NCBI GenBank assembly: GCA_001244265.2 | Contig: CDLV01000008.1 | Span: forward strand, 930,001 to 994,000 | DNA from: Microbotryum violaceum | Lineage: Eukaryota | Length of the DNA: 64,000 nt | Direction: 5' to 3' | Program-made: the position numbers and the translations under genes | Shown: positions 39,061-51,556 of the stretch, piece after piece | Layout of the letters: every line of letters starts with the position of its first letter | Position numbering within the stretch: position 1 is the first letter of the stretch | The notes under the pieces: generated by a model | The model's input: only the letters and a program-made list of their open reading frames with translations | Told to the model about the DNA's origin: nothing | The model's database searches: none

Positions 39061-39540
39061 TTAGGTAACCTCCCTTCCAGAGGTAAGACTGGTAAAGAAT
39101 CGACGGGTGCCATGCTTGATCGTGAGTTGAGTCGAGCGATGCTGCGAGCTGATGACGTCGTCGTCGACGAGCTGACCAGTGTGGTGGAGGTGGAGGTATA
39201 GGAACGGATATGGAGTCGATAGTCAGCGACTAGACTTTGCTGAAAGTTGAAACAGCTGCCCCAGAACTCTTGTGCCCAATCGAGAGTTCAACGACTCAGT
39301 GCTATCGGAAGCGGAGGGCCTTGCGTGGAGCGAACGCCAAAAGACGTCGATCTCGCTTCGCAAGGCGCAGTGATTCTCAGCAAGAAAAGTAGCTATGCTA
39401 ACCGGCGTTCAGAAGCCGTTTGAATTTCAGAAACTAGTACAATTTCAATATCGAGCAAACCCAAAAAAATCGTTCACACATAGTCCTTTTCCGGGGCAAA
39501 TCTGGAGACCGTCACAATTTTTAGAGGACCCCCCCCCCCT

Positions 39541-42500
39541 CTACTCCTCCATATCATCGTCGTCATCATCATCATCGTTCTCATCCGAGTCCTCCGCTTC
39601 GGCAACTTGCAACGTCGGAATTTCGTGTTCTTGATCGGCACCGAGGTGCGAGTCCGAGACGAAGTAGAGCTTGAGGTCGTGAGAGCCTTGGGGTAAGGTG
39701 AAGTCTAGCTTGACGCTCAGGTCGCGTTGGACGGTCACCTTCTTGATTGAGAGCAATCTGTAGAGCCACAAGGGGTCAGAGTCAGTTCGAGTCTCTTGGT
39801 AAGGGAGATTATAGATAGCAAAACCCACTGCTTCGTCTTGGGTTCTCCAACCACCAACCACCAATTCTCAATCTTGGGCACAGGGAAGAACGGTGCAGGG
39901 ACCTTCTGATCGACCTCATCACCCTCATCCACCTCCCTCTCCAAGTTCACAACAAGCGTGATTGACGTTCCAGCCGAAAGCTCGTCCTTGTCCTGCACCT
40001 CATGCGAAAGCTCGATCGAGGGGTAAGCGTTGCACACCTTGGCGACTTCGCGCATTTGTCGCGCGTCGAATCGCAACAACTCGTCGCGTTGCTCGTCCTC
40101 GAGTTCCATGATGTCGTACACCGAACGGACGTCGGCCTTGGAGCAGCGGTCGATGACTTCTTTGGTGAAGCCTGGGATTTGCTTGAGCGGCGAGTCCGAG
40201 TCCCACATGCCTTGCACGCACATCTGCGACAACTCCATCGCACCGAGCGCGTTGAGGTATGCGTTCGAAGACATGACATCGACGCAAGCCGACAACAAGC
40301 TGTGGTAGGATACAGACGAAAGTAAGATACAAGTCTGGCAAAGATCAAAAAAGAAACAGGTCACTCACTTGAGCACCCGGGTGAGGATGACGGTCTGATC
40401 GGCCGCCAGATCGGCGGGCAGGCTGAGGCGTGCAAAGTGCGCCTGCAAAAGCACGTTCGTCTTGAAGTGAGGTGAATCATAATCGACATTCGCCAACTTG
40501 ACCGGTACTCGATCATAGACTTTGCGCAAGAAGACGTCCTCGTGGTGCCGAATCGGGATGTTTTCAAACTCGGACGCGGACGAGACGATCTCAAGCAAGC
40601 CCTTGAGCTTGGTCTTGTCCGTCAACGACATAGAGAAGATGTCGACGGTCACGTACGAGATGTTGTAGTACGCCGCGATCATGCCCAAGTTGAGCGCCGA
40701 GGTGTCCATCTCGTCCTCAATCGTGATCGCCTTTGAGTTCTGCAGATCCGTCAAGGTCGATTCGACGAGCTCGGACAGGTGGTCACTCAGGTGACGGTGG
40801 GTCGTGCCTTGCATGTTGTAGTAGTTGGCGTTGGCGACGAGACGACGGTACATCCAAGTCCAGGTGAGCCAATCGACGGCGTCTTGCTTGTTCTCGATCG
40901 TCTTGGTCACGATCTCGGCGTTGAAGTGGTCGTGCAACGACAGGTGCAAGTGCGACTCGATCGGCAAGCCTTCGTTGAGGAACTTTTTGAAAAAATCCTT
41001 GCGCACTTGCTGGCACATAAGCACGCATCGACTCGACGCGTCGTGCGTTGGTCGGCACGCGCGGCCCATCATTTGCAACACATCGGTGAGCGGGTAGTCG
41101 ATGTAACGATGCTCCTTGCCTTCAAACGCCTGCACGCCCATGATGACGACCATGTATGCAGTCAAGGGGATGCTCCATGCGGTGTCCTTGGAAGCGACGA
41201 CGACCTGGATCGCACCTGAGGAGAAGAGGTGCTCGACGATACGCTTGTCCTGCTTCGACAATGCCTCGTGGTAGAAACCGATACCATGCTCGAGCGTGGC
41301 CTTGAGTTCCGAATCGGTTACGTGCGCCAAATGGGGTGCGAGCTCCTCGGCATCGATGTTGAGGAAGCGCGACTCCTCTTGGTCCGCAAGGCAGTACGTC
41401 AAGATGTCGTCGGCCGATAATCGGCACTGCTTTCGCGACGGCACGAAGCAAAGCACGGGTCGGTCCTGCGCGTACTCGACAATGGCGAGGTACGCCGGCT
41501 TGGCCATCTGGATCATCAAGGACGGGAAGTGCGGCACGTTGAAGGACTGGATGTGCACCTCCATCGGCAGAGGTCGAGCCCCAGGGGAGAAGTTGAAGAT
41601 GGTCTGCGAAGTTGCACCCATCCATTCACCGACGTCACGAGCATTCGCGAGCGAGACACTGAACGCGACGATACGGGTTGGGTTCTCGGTCTGCTTTTGC
41701 ACGTAGCGCGTTCGCGAGACGATGACCTCGTACGTCGGGCCGATCTCGCCACCGACGAGTTGGATCTCGTCGGCAATAAGGAGACCGATCGTCTGGACGT
41801 TCTTGCGCTGCTTCCATCGGCGCGAGATGAGGTCCCATTGGCTGGGTGTGCAGACAATGACATCGCCCTTCTCGAGTAACCGGATGTCGGCCGAGGTCTC
41901 ACCCGTGAGCGCGACGATTTCCTTCCCGCCTTGCACATCACCAAACTTGGCCTTCCACTCCGCGACACGCATGTCAACGACATCTTGGAATGGTTCGATG
42001 CAGATCGCTCGCGTTGCCTTGGGCTGGGACCACAAGCGCAAGAGCGCAAACTCGGCGCAGATCGTCTTGCCACTGCCCGTGGGGGCACCGACAAAGATGT
42101 TCTCGTTCGAAGCGTACAGCGCTTGGAAGACCTGCGTCTGGATCTTGTTAAACGAGGGCGTCGAAGCGTAAATAGCCTCGAATTCGCGGTTGTGCAAGGC
42201 CGAGACTGGCAAAGGCTGCAGGTCGAGCAACGTCGTCGGCGGAGGGAACTTGTCGGGAAGAATGAGATGCTTGAAAGAGAGCGGCAAGCGTGTCTCGGCG
42301 TGAAGCCATCGATCCGACACGACCGAAATGAAGTAGTTGGGTGGCAACGGGTCGAGCAAAGGAACGGTGAACGTAACGTAATGGTCCTGCTCGGCGTAAC
42401 GTTGGCGTAGGAGGAACTGGTCGTGGTAGAGAATGATTTCGCCATCGACATCTTCGACAAGGATCCAGAACGCCTCGGCACCACTGTGCACCTTCTCATC

Positions 42501-45500
42501 CCACTGGAAGTCGGGGGTGATCGTCAATTCGATGCGGAGCATCGTTCTTGTGATCGGCTGCACGTGGGCTTGCAATTCGAGCTTGGGGAATTGATGCACC
42601 AAGCGGTGTACCAGTCGACCTGCCTTGGGTTCTCCAATGAGTTCACCAAGTTCTGCAGGAAAAGATGGACGTTAGAGTTGGGCAAACCCACAAGAGAATC
42701 ACAGCCCTCGGGTAGCTCACCAGCCGGCTCAAGATCAAAGTATCGGTACCACGGGAACTCCTTGCGTTCCGCACGACGAATAACGTCAGTCGGCACACCC
42801 TTGAACTGACGCAACGGCGTCATGGACCCCCACATCCTCTTTTCGACCATCTGGCACAACGCCAAAGCTTTGTGCGTAAGCGCAGCCCAACCACGCTTGA
42901 GGCAAATCTCGAAAATGGCTCGCAGGATACGGCCTGCTGATTGGGTGACGTAAACCATGTCCGCGACAAGGGCAAATCCGTCGAGCTTCAAGTTGGAGAT
43001 GTACGACTGCAGCAAGACGTTGATCTTGGCCGAAGGGTCGTCTACACTCTCCTTGATCGGGATCGGGACACGCTCGAGCAACTTCGCCAGTTCGAGCTTC
43101 TCCTCGGCACGTACGGGGACGTTCTTGAACTCTTCCGAGATGGAGAAGACGCGGAAGAGCTCGATCAGGCCCGACGCCGACTTGAGGTGCTGGTTATACG
43201 TGCCCATCGAGGTGTAGGTGACGTAGTAACCACTCGCGATGCGACCGAGTTCGTTCGAGTGGAACACACCCGATCGTCGGTCGTATCGAATCAGCAAGTT
43301 CTTCTCGAGCAAAACGGCGGCGGTGTGGATGATATCGGACCGCTTCTGGATTAGGTAAGGGTCGTCGTCACGGCTATATTGAGGTGGTTGCAAGACCAGA
43401 CATCAGCGTTCGTTCATCCGCCCCATGGGCATGCTCTCGGCACTCACAAATCAGGCGAAACGCTGTACAAAGCCGGCGAACCAAGCATTCGCACGTAGAG
43501 GTACGTGTAACTGAGCCACTGCACAGCCTCGTCACGATTCCGCACCGTGCCCAACACGATTTCGGCATTAAGGTTATCCGCGAGACGAGAAACGAACTGC
43601 GACTCGATGGGCAGTTGATGATTCATCATCGAGAGATAGTACTGCAGTTCCGAATGGTTCGTGATGATGATGCCTTCACCAAAGGTATCGTACTGCGGTC
43701 GACCTGCACGACCGAGCATCTGCAAAACGTCTTGCGATGACAGTTCGACCCATCGACCCTTTTCGGGATTGTACACCTGCGTTCCCTTGATGATGACGAC
43801 GTGGGCGGGCAAGTTGACACCCCATGCGAGAGTGGCGGTCGAGACGAGCACTTGGATACGACCATCGGCGAACAAGTCTTCGACAAGCGTTCGGTCCTCT
43901 CGGTTCATACCAGCGTGATGGATGGCCAAACCAAAAGGAAGCAAATCCCTCAAGTTCGGGTCCGCAACCGTCTCGGCCTCGGAAGTCAGGATCTCCCTCG
44001 TCGCAGGGTCGGCGCGCAAGAAATGGGTGATGGTATCCATCTCGACGGCATGGTCGCGCAAGAATCTGGCCGTCTTGGCCGTCTCCTTGCGCGAATGCAC
44101 AAAGATGATGACTTGGTTCTTGCCCGCGTGTTCGAGCACCTTCTCGTAGCAAATCTCGTTCGTGACCTGGTACCGCTTGATCGCCTTCTTCTCCGTCACA
44201 CCGATGAATTCTTGCTTGAGGGGACACGGGCGGTACGAGGCGTCGAAGTAGAACAGACCCTTCTCGGGATCGACGTGAAGGAACTTGGCGACATCCTTGT
44301 AGTTGGGCAACGTCGCCGACAAACCGACAAGGCGGACGTAGTTGTGCGTCTGTTCCATGCGGCGGATCGTACGAGCGATGATGGACTCGAGCACGGGGCC
44401 ACGGTCATCATGGAGCAAATGGATCTCGTCGATGATGATGAGCGACACAAGATTCGTGTAGGACGTATCGGTACTCTTGCGAGTGATGACATCCCACTTC
44501 TCCGGCGTCGTGACGATGATTTGCGTCTCGGCGATCTGCTGCTTCGTCAATTGACGATCACCGGTCAACTCGTTGACGACAACACCGTAGTGCGCCAGTC
44601 GCTTGCTAAAGTTGCCGACCATCTCTTGCACCAAGGCCTTCATCGGAGCGACATAGACGATCTTGAACGCGGAAAAGTCGAACTCGCCCGTGACCTCGTT
44701 CCGATGCTTGGACAGCTCGTTGAGGATCGTCAACATCGCGGCGTTGGTCTTACCCGCACCGGTCGGAGCGCACAACAAGATCGGTTCATCCGTACCGAAC
44801 GCAATGGGGTACAAACGACTCTGTACGGGGTTGAGCGAGGTCGTGCCCTTGAACGTCGGTTGGGCCCACTCAGGCAGAGCACTGATGGGGACGAGCTCGG
44901 CCTCGCGTGTCGGCTTCTTGGGGGCGGGAACATGGACCTCTTCGTAACCCTTCTTGGATCGCTTGAACGAACCTTCGGGGAGCTTGCATTTTTTGTTCGA
45001 CATGAGTCGGCCACCCTGCGAGAAGGCCATGGCTTCGAGATCGAGCGTCTTACCGGGCGGAGGAGCATAACCACCCGGTGCAAGTGTGCCCTTCTTCGAG
45101 ATTGAGCTGTTGGCTTTGGAATCGACATCCATCGCATTGGCGTCGTCGGATCCACCGGCCGAAGGCTTGACGACATCCCCTCGAAGTTCCTTGAGGATCC
45201 ATCCGGCACCCTTCTCCCGCATCGCGACCTCAACATCGATCTTTTCATTCTCATCCGAACGAGCGAGCTTGGTGCACCACACGATCTTGTCGCGATTCTG
45301 GATCAGGACGGACACCAGTTCGAACTTGTCATAGTCGGTCAGGTCCATTAACGAGTTTTCGACATCGCGCTTGTTGGCCTCGGACGAGAGCAAGGCCATC
45401 GCCTCGGTCGTCTTTTCAGCGGCTTCGACGGGGTCGGCGTAAGATTGGGCGATCAATCGCTGCAGCCAGAAACCGTCGATCTCGCGAGCGGAGACGACGC

Positions 45501-46739
45501 CATCGGCGGCACCCGATTTCTTGCTCGACGAGGTACCGGCACCCCCGATGATGACGTTCTCCTCACCGTCGTCTTCGTCGACGTCGCCAGTGACCATCTC
45601 GTCGGCTTCCTTGGCTTGCTCGTCCTCGTCCGAGTCCTCGTCCGAGTCCGAGTCCGAGTCGCGCACTTCGAAGCCTTCCTCATCTTCTTCTTCTTCCTCC
45701 TCCTCTTCAAAGACCACAGCAACACCGACATCATCATCGATCTCGCCTTCCTTGGCATCGTCCTCGTCCTTGGCGCCCTTCTCCTCCTCCTCTCCATAGT
45801 CTGTGATCTTCTTGCCCAAAGTGACCAGTTGGGCAAAGACATCGGTCGGTACGGTTGAGGAGAAGAGCGCGTCAATCTCGCGCTTCTTGTCGAGGTCCTT
45901 GAGCGAATCGTCCTTGAGATAACCGAGCACGACGTCGGCCGCGGATCGGACCATCGAAGGCGGCGAATCGCCGAGCAAGGTGTGCACGGCGGAGAGCATC
46001 AACTCGTACACTTGGCGCGTCTCGGCCGTTCGTGGTCGGTAGTCCAAACCCTCGACTGTGATGATCTCGATTCGAAAATAAGTTTCTTGTTCGCTTGCTC
46101 GCTTGCTCGCTTGCTCAAGATGGGCTCAACTCACGATCCTGCGTCGCCTCCAATACATCCCCATACCTCAACGCCGACGTCGCCGTCCTCCTCTTGGGCG
46201 CTCCTTCCAACTCCCTCTTCTCCCTCTTCTCCCTCTCCTTATCCGCCTTTTTACGCTTGCCATCGAGGTCGGCCACACCTGAACGGGCGACGCGAGAACC
46301 CATGTCTTTGGGGTTGATGCGGCCGACGAGCGATTCGGCTTCTCCCGTGGGCTCGTTGTCACGGCGGGGGATGTTGGAGCGGTCGGCGGTGGTGACGAGC
46401 GACGCCTAATGATGAAAGGAAAGAAGATGTCCACGTCAGTTCCGGGTATAGTGAATGGGGAGGGGGGAGGGGAGTGTGTGCGAATCGACGCGTGAATGCT
46501 CGCTCGCCTGCAGCGGAGGGCGAGTTTCATCCCCTCGGTGGTGAAGCCAGTCTCAGCAACAGTTGGATACAGAGTTATACTCTGAGCGTTATCTCGTAAT
46601 GCCAAGGACGATCCAAACAGCAGCCACAAAAGTCCCAGACGACCAGATGAGCGAGAGCAAGAAAGGGTGGGAAACGGCCACTGACCATCGCGCTGTACTG
46701 GAACGCCGAATAATCGGGCTTGCCATCTTTAGGAGGCAT
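39541..46739 (-). CDS. BRR2: U5 snRNP 200-kDa RNA helicase
   Basis: Two Ski2-like cassettes ([12 protein letters not shown] and [12 protein letters not shown]), each with a Sec63 domain. N-terminal EPTGEAESL and YRPRT. First exon [18 protein letters not shown] (ATG at 46739). Confidence 0.96.
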
Positions 46740-47196
46740 GCTGGGCAAAAGTCGAATACGATCACACTAATGCCAGAGGTCCAGCTGAGATGCGTCGATA
46801 GCCGGTGGCACGAGGAAGAGATGACGACGACGCAAGTCACGGGGATGGTCTCGCAGAGGCGTTACACGGGAGCTTGGCTGGTCGATCACTCAGAGTCGAG
46901 GCGATGCTTGGACCGCAGAGGGTGGGTGGGTGGGTGCTGGTGCTGACGCTCTTGCTGAGTGGTGCGAGCGAGCGAGCGAGCGAGCAGCGGGCGTGGTCGT
47001 GGGTCGTGGGCGGGAGCGAAGGCCCGCCAGCGAGCAAGCCAGAGCTAACAAGCCAGAGCGAGCGCGCGGTGGCAATCGAGCGCGGAGAAGGAATAAATAT
47101 TCAAGGCGCTAGTTTGCACACGAGGCTTCGTACCGCGCGGGATGAAATAATACTACAACAAAATATAGGCCACCTCTCACACTTTCCCATGCAGGC

Positions 47197-48138
47197 CTAC
47201 AACATTGCATGCGTCTGATCCGAATCCGCAAATCTCCCGTCCCCGCCGCCGGTGCCCGACCGCCACTCCTCTTCCAACCCAACCGGTTGGTCCTCGAACG
47301 CCGCGGCATACCTCTCCAAATTGAACCTCTGCTCCAACCACGCCCCACCTTGATTTCCCCCCGACCCCGACCCCGGTCCCGGAGCTGCAGCGACTTTTCT
47401 CGGATCCGCAATGGCGTGATGTCGGAAGGGAGCAGGCGTTTCATCGATCCAGTCCGTGTCGGAGAGTTGGGACAGTTGGGATTGCAGGAACGAGAGCGCT
47501 TGCTGGTGTTGCTCTTGTGTTGATTGCGCGTTCAGATGGGGTTGACGAGGCAGGTCTTGCACCCTCAACGAACGCGTTTGCGACGTTCCACCCGAGGGAT
47601 TTGAAGTGGTCGAGGACAGGGAAATCGGTAAGGTCGGGTTCGACAATAGGTTGAACGAGAGGTCGTCAATGTCTTGGTCGTGTTCCCCTGGTAAAGGCAT
47701 GTTGAGGAATTCCAAAGCGCGTTGTTCGACCTGTTCGTCCGAAGCGTCGATCAACGAGTCCGTGTCGTTGCCTTCCATTTGGGTCGTCGTCGACGCAGAC
47801 GAGGTCGTACTGCTCGTGTTGAACGACTCGTCCTGGGTTAGATCGATGTCTACCTCGGGTGGATCCTGTTGCAACGCATAAGGGTGCGTTGACGAACCGC
47901 CTCGACGCCGATTCGGTCGCGATGAGGATGCAGACGACGACGCGGTGAGGTTATGCGGGTGATGGAGGTGGAGGTGCGCCTGCGACGAGGTGGAGGCGAG
48001 CGAGTCCTCGATCGACAGGTACGACGACGTCGACAAGGTCGGCGAGGGTTCTCTTCGGTAGCTGATCTCGGGTGAGAGAGACGGTGCGGCATTGACCGGG
48101 ACCGGGGCTCGATGGCCGGCCGTGCGATGGGATGCCAT
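47197..48138 (-). CDS. Hypothetical low-complexity protein
   Basis: Single open frame from MASHRTAG, Ser-rich and acidic, with a QLSQLSDTDWIDE segment. Confidence 0.6.
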   Translation of the reverse strand: MASHRTAGHRAPVPVNAAPSLSPEISYRREPSPTLSTSSYLSIEDSLASTSSQAHLHLHHPHNLTASSSASSSRPNRRRGGSSTHPYALQQDPPEVDIDLTQDESFNTSSTTSSASTTTQMEGNDTDSLIDASDEQVEQRALEFLNMPLPGEHDQDIDDLSFNLLSNPTLPISLSSTTSNPSGGTSQTRSLRVQDLPRQPHLNAQSTQEQHQQALSFLQSQLSQLSDTDWIDETPAPFRHHAIADPRKVAAAPGPGSGSGGNQGGAWLEQRFNLERYAAAFEDQPVGLEEEWRSGTGGGDGRFADSDQTHAML

Positions 48139-48748
48139 CGCCGGCGGATGTGGGAGGATGTGGGGAGGGACAGGAGTGTTATTACCCAGCGCTCGAGCAA
48201 CCAGCGCTCGACTACCACTGGAGCGCAAGTCACATGATCTCCCAGACTCCCACGCCCAACTTGATCCGGAACCTTTTATCCGAAACCGCGATCTCTTCTT
48301 GGCGAAGGTATTCAATCTTGATCACTGGATATACCCAAAGGAGCTGTTCGAACAAATTCCTCGCGAAATCAAGGCTCTCGGCAGTGGTGGGGTGCGTGTG
48401 CCCGGCCCACCGGACGATATCTGCCAGTTTGGCCGCGCGGCACTTGGTTGGAAGGGCGCTGAAACGCACTGGATGACTAAAACCGCACTAGAATTCGCTG
48501 GACGCGCACAAAATCGCACTGAATCTCACGGGCAAAATCAGGAAACAAATATCCGCGCCGCAGCCACCATCACCGAACCGCAATCCTTCTTCGTTATCCG
48601 ACGGCTTGACCCGCACCGCACCCACACCCACTCACTCAGTCACCGGCGACCCACCACATCGACCTCGTCGCAGCTTATTCACCGCCAGTGACAGCAAGGC
48701 CTCTCCACTCTCAACAACTCATATTACACTCAAACACGAAAACACAAC

Positions 48749-51281
48749 ATGTGGAACTCGACGATGAAGCGATCGCTCGTCGGTGCCAGTCATACTTTCG
48801 CCAGCTCGAGCCGTCGCGCCTCGCTCGCGGACATGGAAGCCATGACCCAGCTCAAGCCGTGGAAGGGGACCAACACCAATGGCGGACAGACGACCAACTT
48901 GATTGGCGGTGAATGGACCGTTGGTGAGTGCGATGGTCTACTCCCTAGCTTGTCATCCTCCTGTTGCGCTCGGTATCGGTCGCCGGTTCCCAACAATTTC
49001 TCGCTCTCTGTTCTCTCGCCGGCGACTTCGGCACAACCGGCTGCTTCCCGCCCCCCCACTCTATCCTCGCTTGCTCGCACCGCGCCGCACGGGAACCCCC
49101 CCCCCCCCCCCGGGCTGACCGTAACTCGTTCCCATGCTCAACCAACAGGCTCCAACGTCGACAAATGGATCGACGTCAACGACCCTTCGACCCAACGCGT
49201 CCTGACCCGAGTCCCCGAGACCTCCCACGCCGACATGGTCAAGATTGTCGATAAAGCCGAAGAGGCCTTTCACGAATGGAAGGACTCGTCCGTGCTCAAG
49301 CGACAGGCTGTCATGATGAACCTCGCGGCTTTGATCAGGGAAAACCACGATGAGATTGCTAGGTCGATCGTGTTGGAACAGGGCAAGACGTTTGCCGATG
49401 CGAAGGGCGACGTCCTTCGCGGGCTGCAGGTTCGTCCGATTCGTCAAACCGAAAGATGCCGAGAGAAGCCAGACACCGTCCTGACGCTTTTTCGGTCTTT
49501 ATCCTACCGCAGGTCGTCGACTCGATGATCGGGGTTCCTCAGATGTTGATGGGCGAAAAGATGGAAGTCTCCAAGGATATGGACACTGAAACGCGCAAGG
49601 TACCCCTGGGAGTCGGTGCCGCCATTTGCCCGTGAGTCCCTCACCACCCGGAAAAGTCGGCTGGGCTCCGTCTCTTCCTCATTGGCAGACTGCTCATCAA
49701 TCACATACCGCCGCCTCGAAGCTTCAACTTCCCCGCCATGATTCCCTTGTGGTCCATCCCGATGGCGATCGCTACCGGCAACTCGCTCATCCTCAAGCCT
49801 TCTGAGCGAGACCCTGGAGCCGCGATGATCGTCGCCGAGCTGGCCGAGCGAGCAGGTCCGGGCTATTCTGCGTCAATTCCGATTCCAATCTTTCACCAAG
49901 CTCATACCTTCACCTCATCTCCTTCCATAGGTCTTCCAAACGGTGTCCTCTCCATCTTGCACGGTTCGATCCCAGCGGTCAAGTTCATCTGCGAAGAGCC
50001 GAGAATCAAGGCCATTTCGTTCGTCGGATCGGACCGAGCAGGCAAATACATCTACGATACGGGAAGCGCGCATGGGAAGCGAGTGCAGGCCAACTTGGGT
50101 GCCAAGAGTTAGCTCAAACGTTCTTTGGCTTCGTCGTCATCCCCGTATGCTGACTTCTGTGACGTCGGTATGCTATCAGATCACTGCATCTTGATGCCGG
50201 ACGCCAACAGGAACTTTGCGCTCAACAGCGTCGTAGGCGCTGCATTCGGTGGTAAGTCTTGACATGAAGCCAGTCGAGTCTTACTCACACGATCACGTCC
50301 TTTTTGGCACAGCTGCCGGTCAGCGCTGCATGGCTCTTTCGGTTTGTGAGTGTTCTCGTGCATGCCCGTCACGCTTGAGTGCAGGTATTGACCAGGTCAA
50401 AATCTGACATTCTGCAGTGGTCACCGTCGGCGAGACCGAGGACTGGCTCCCCGAGTTGATCGAGCGCGCTCAACAGCTCAAGGTCGGCAACGGCTTTGAC
50501 CCCGAAGTCGATGTGTAAGCTTTCTACTTTCTTGGAGGACGTCTCATCCCATTTACTCACCCAAGCCATACCTACCTATCGGCAGAGGCCCTCTGATTAA
50601 CCCGGCGGCGAAGCAACGCGTTGAAGGTCTGATCGAGTCGTGCGAGAAGCAAGGTGGCAAGATCGCTTTGGACGGACGTGGCGTCAAGGTCCCCGGGTAC
50701 CCCAAGGGCAATTTTGTTGGCCCCACCATCTTGCTCGCCGATACGTCGATGGACTGCTACCAGTGAGCTGAGAATATATTGGTGCGATTTCGCCATTGGG
50801 TCCAAGAGCTGACTCTTTGGTATGATTTGCCTGGACCTGTTCAACAGAGAGGAGATCTTCGGTCCCGTCTTGACGATCGTTAAAGCCAAAGACCTCGACG
50901 ACGCGATCCAACTCATCAACCGCAACCGCTACGGCAACGGAACGGCGATCTTCACTCAATCAGGAGCGACGGCTCGCAAGTTTGAGAAAAACGTCGAAGC
51001 GGGTCAGATCGGGATTAACACACCCATTCCGGTGCCTTTGCCTATGTGGTCTTGGTCCGGGAACAAAGGATCCGTTTTGGGAGGTCAGAGTTTGTACGGA
51101 CCGAGGGGCGTCGATTTCTGGACCCAGTTAAAGGTATGTCGGATGGGCATGACAAGATCTTGCGTCTACCTCGCTGACGTGCCGAGAATCGCGAACCGCT
51201 GTGCAGACTACTACAACAATGTGGCGCGCCGAGGATGCGCTCGACAGCCGAGCTACGGCGACGATGCCGACCATGTCATAA
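48749..51281 (+). CDS. Methylmalonate-semialdehyde dehydrogenase (ALDH6), mitochondrial-type leader
   Basis: EQGKTFADAKGDVLRGL, FNFPAMIPLW, LKPSERDPG, ISFVGS, QANLGAK, AGQRCMAL, EEIFGPV and GNGTAIFT. Confidence 0.93.
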
Positions 51282-51556
51282 AAAGGATCCGGAATTTGAG
51301 AATGCGGGTCTTTCCTCCTGCAATATACGGTGTACACTTGTGGAAACCTCGCAACGCGTCTTTGACTACGCGCTCGCTTCGGCGCGCGTGACGACACACC
51401 TTGTCCAAGAGTCTCCTTTTGCAATATTGGCAAAAGGGGTCGCTCGCCTTTGCGCGGTGAACTCCGCAATTTGGTTGATTGCTTTTGCCCGCGAGATGCC
51501 ACTCGCTCTCGACTCTGCTTCCTACCTCGTCGCGCACATAACCTCATCTGGGCGGC

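Noticed and set aside
43801-45105. Long antisense ORFs over BRR2 (434 aa) and other genes
   Set aside because: Shadow frames expected from GC3-biased coding sequence.
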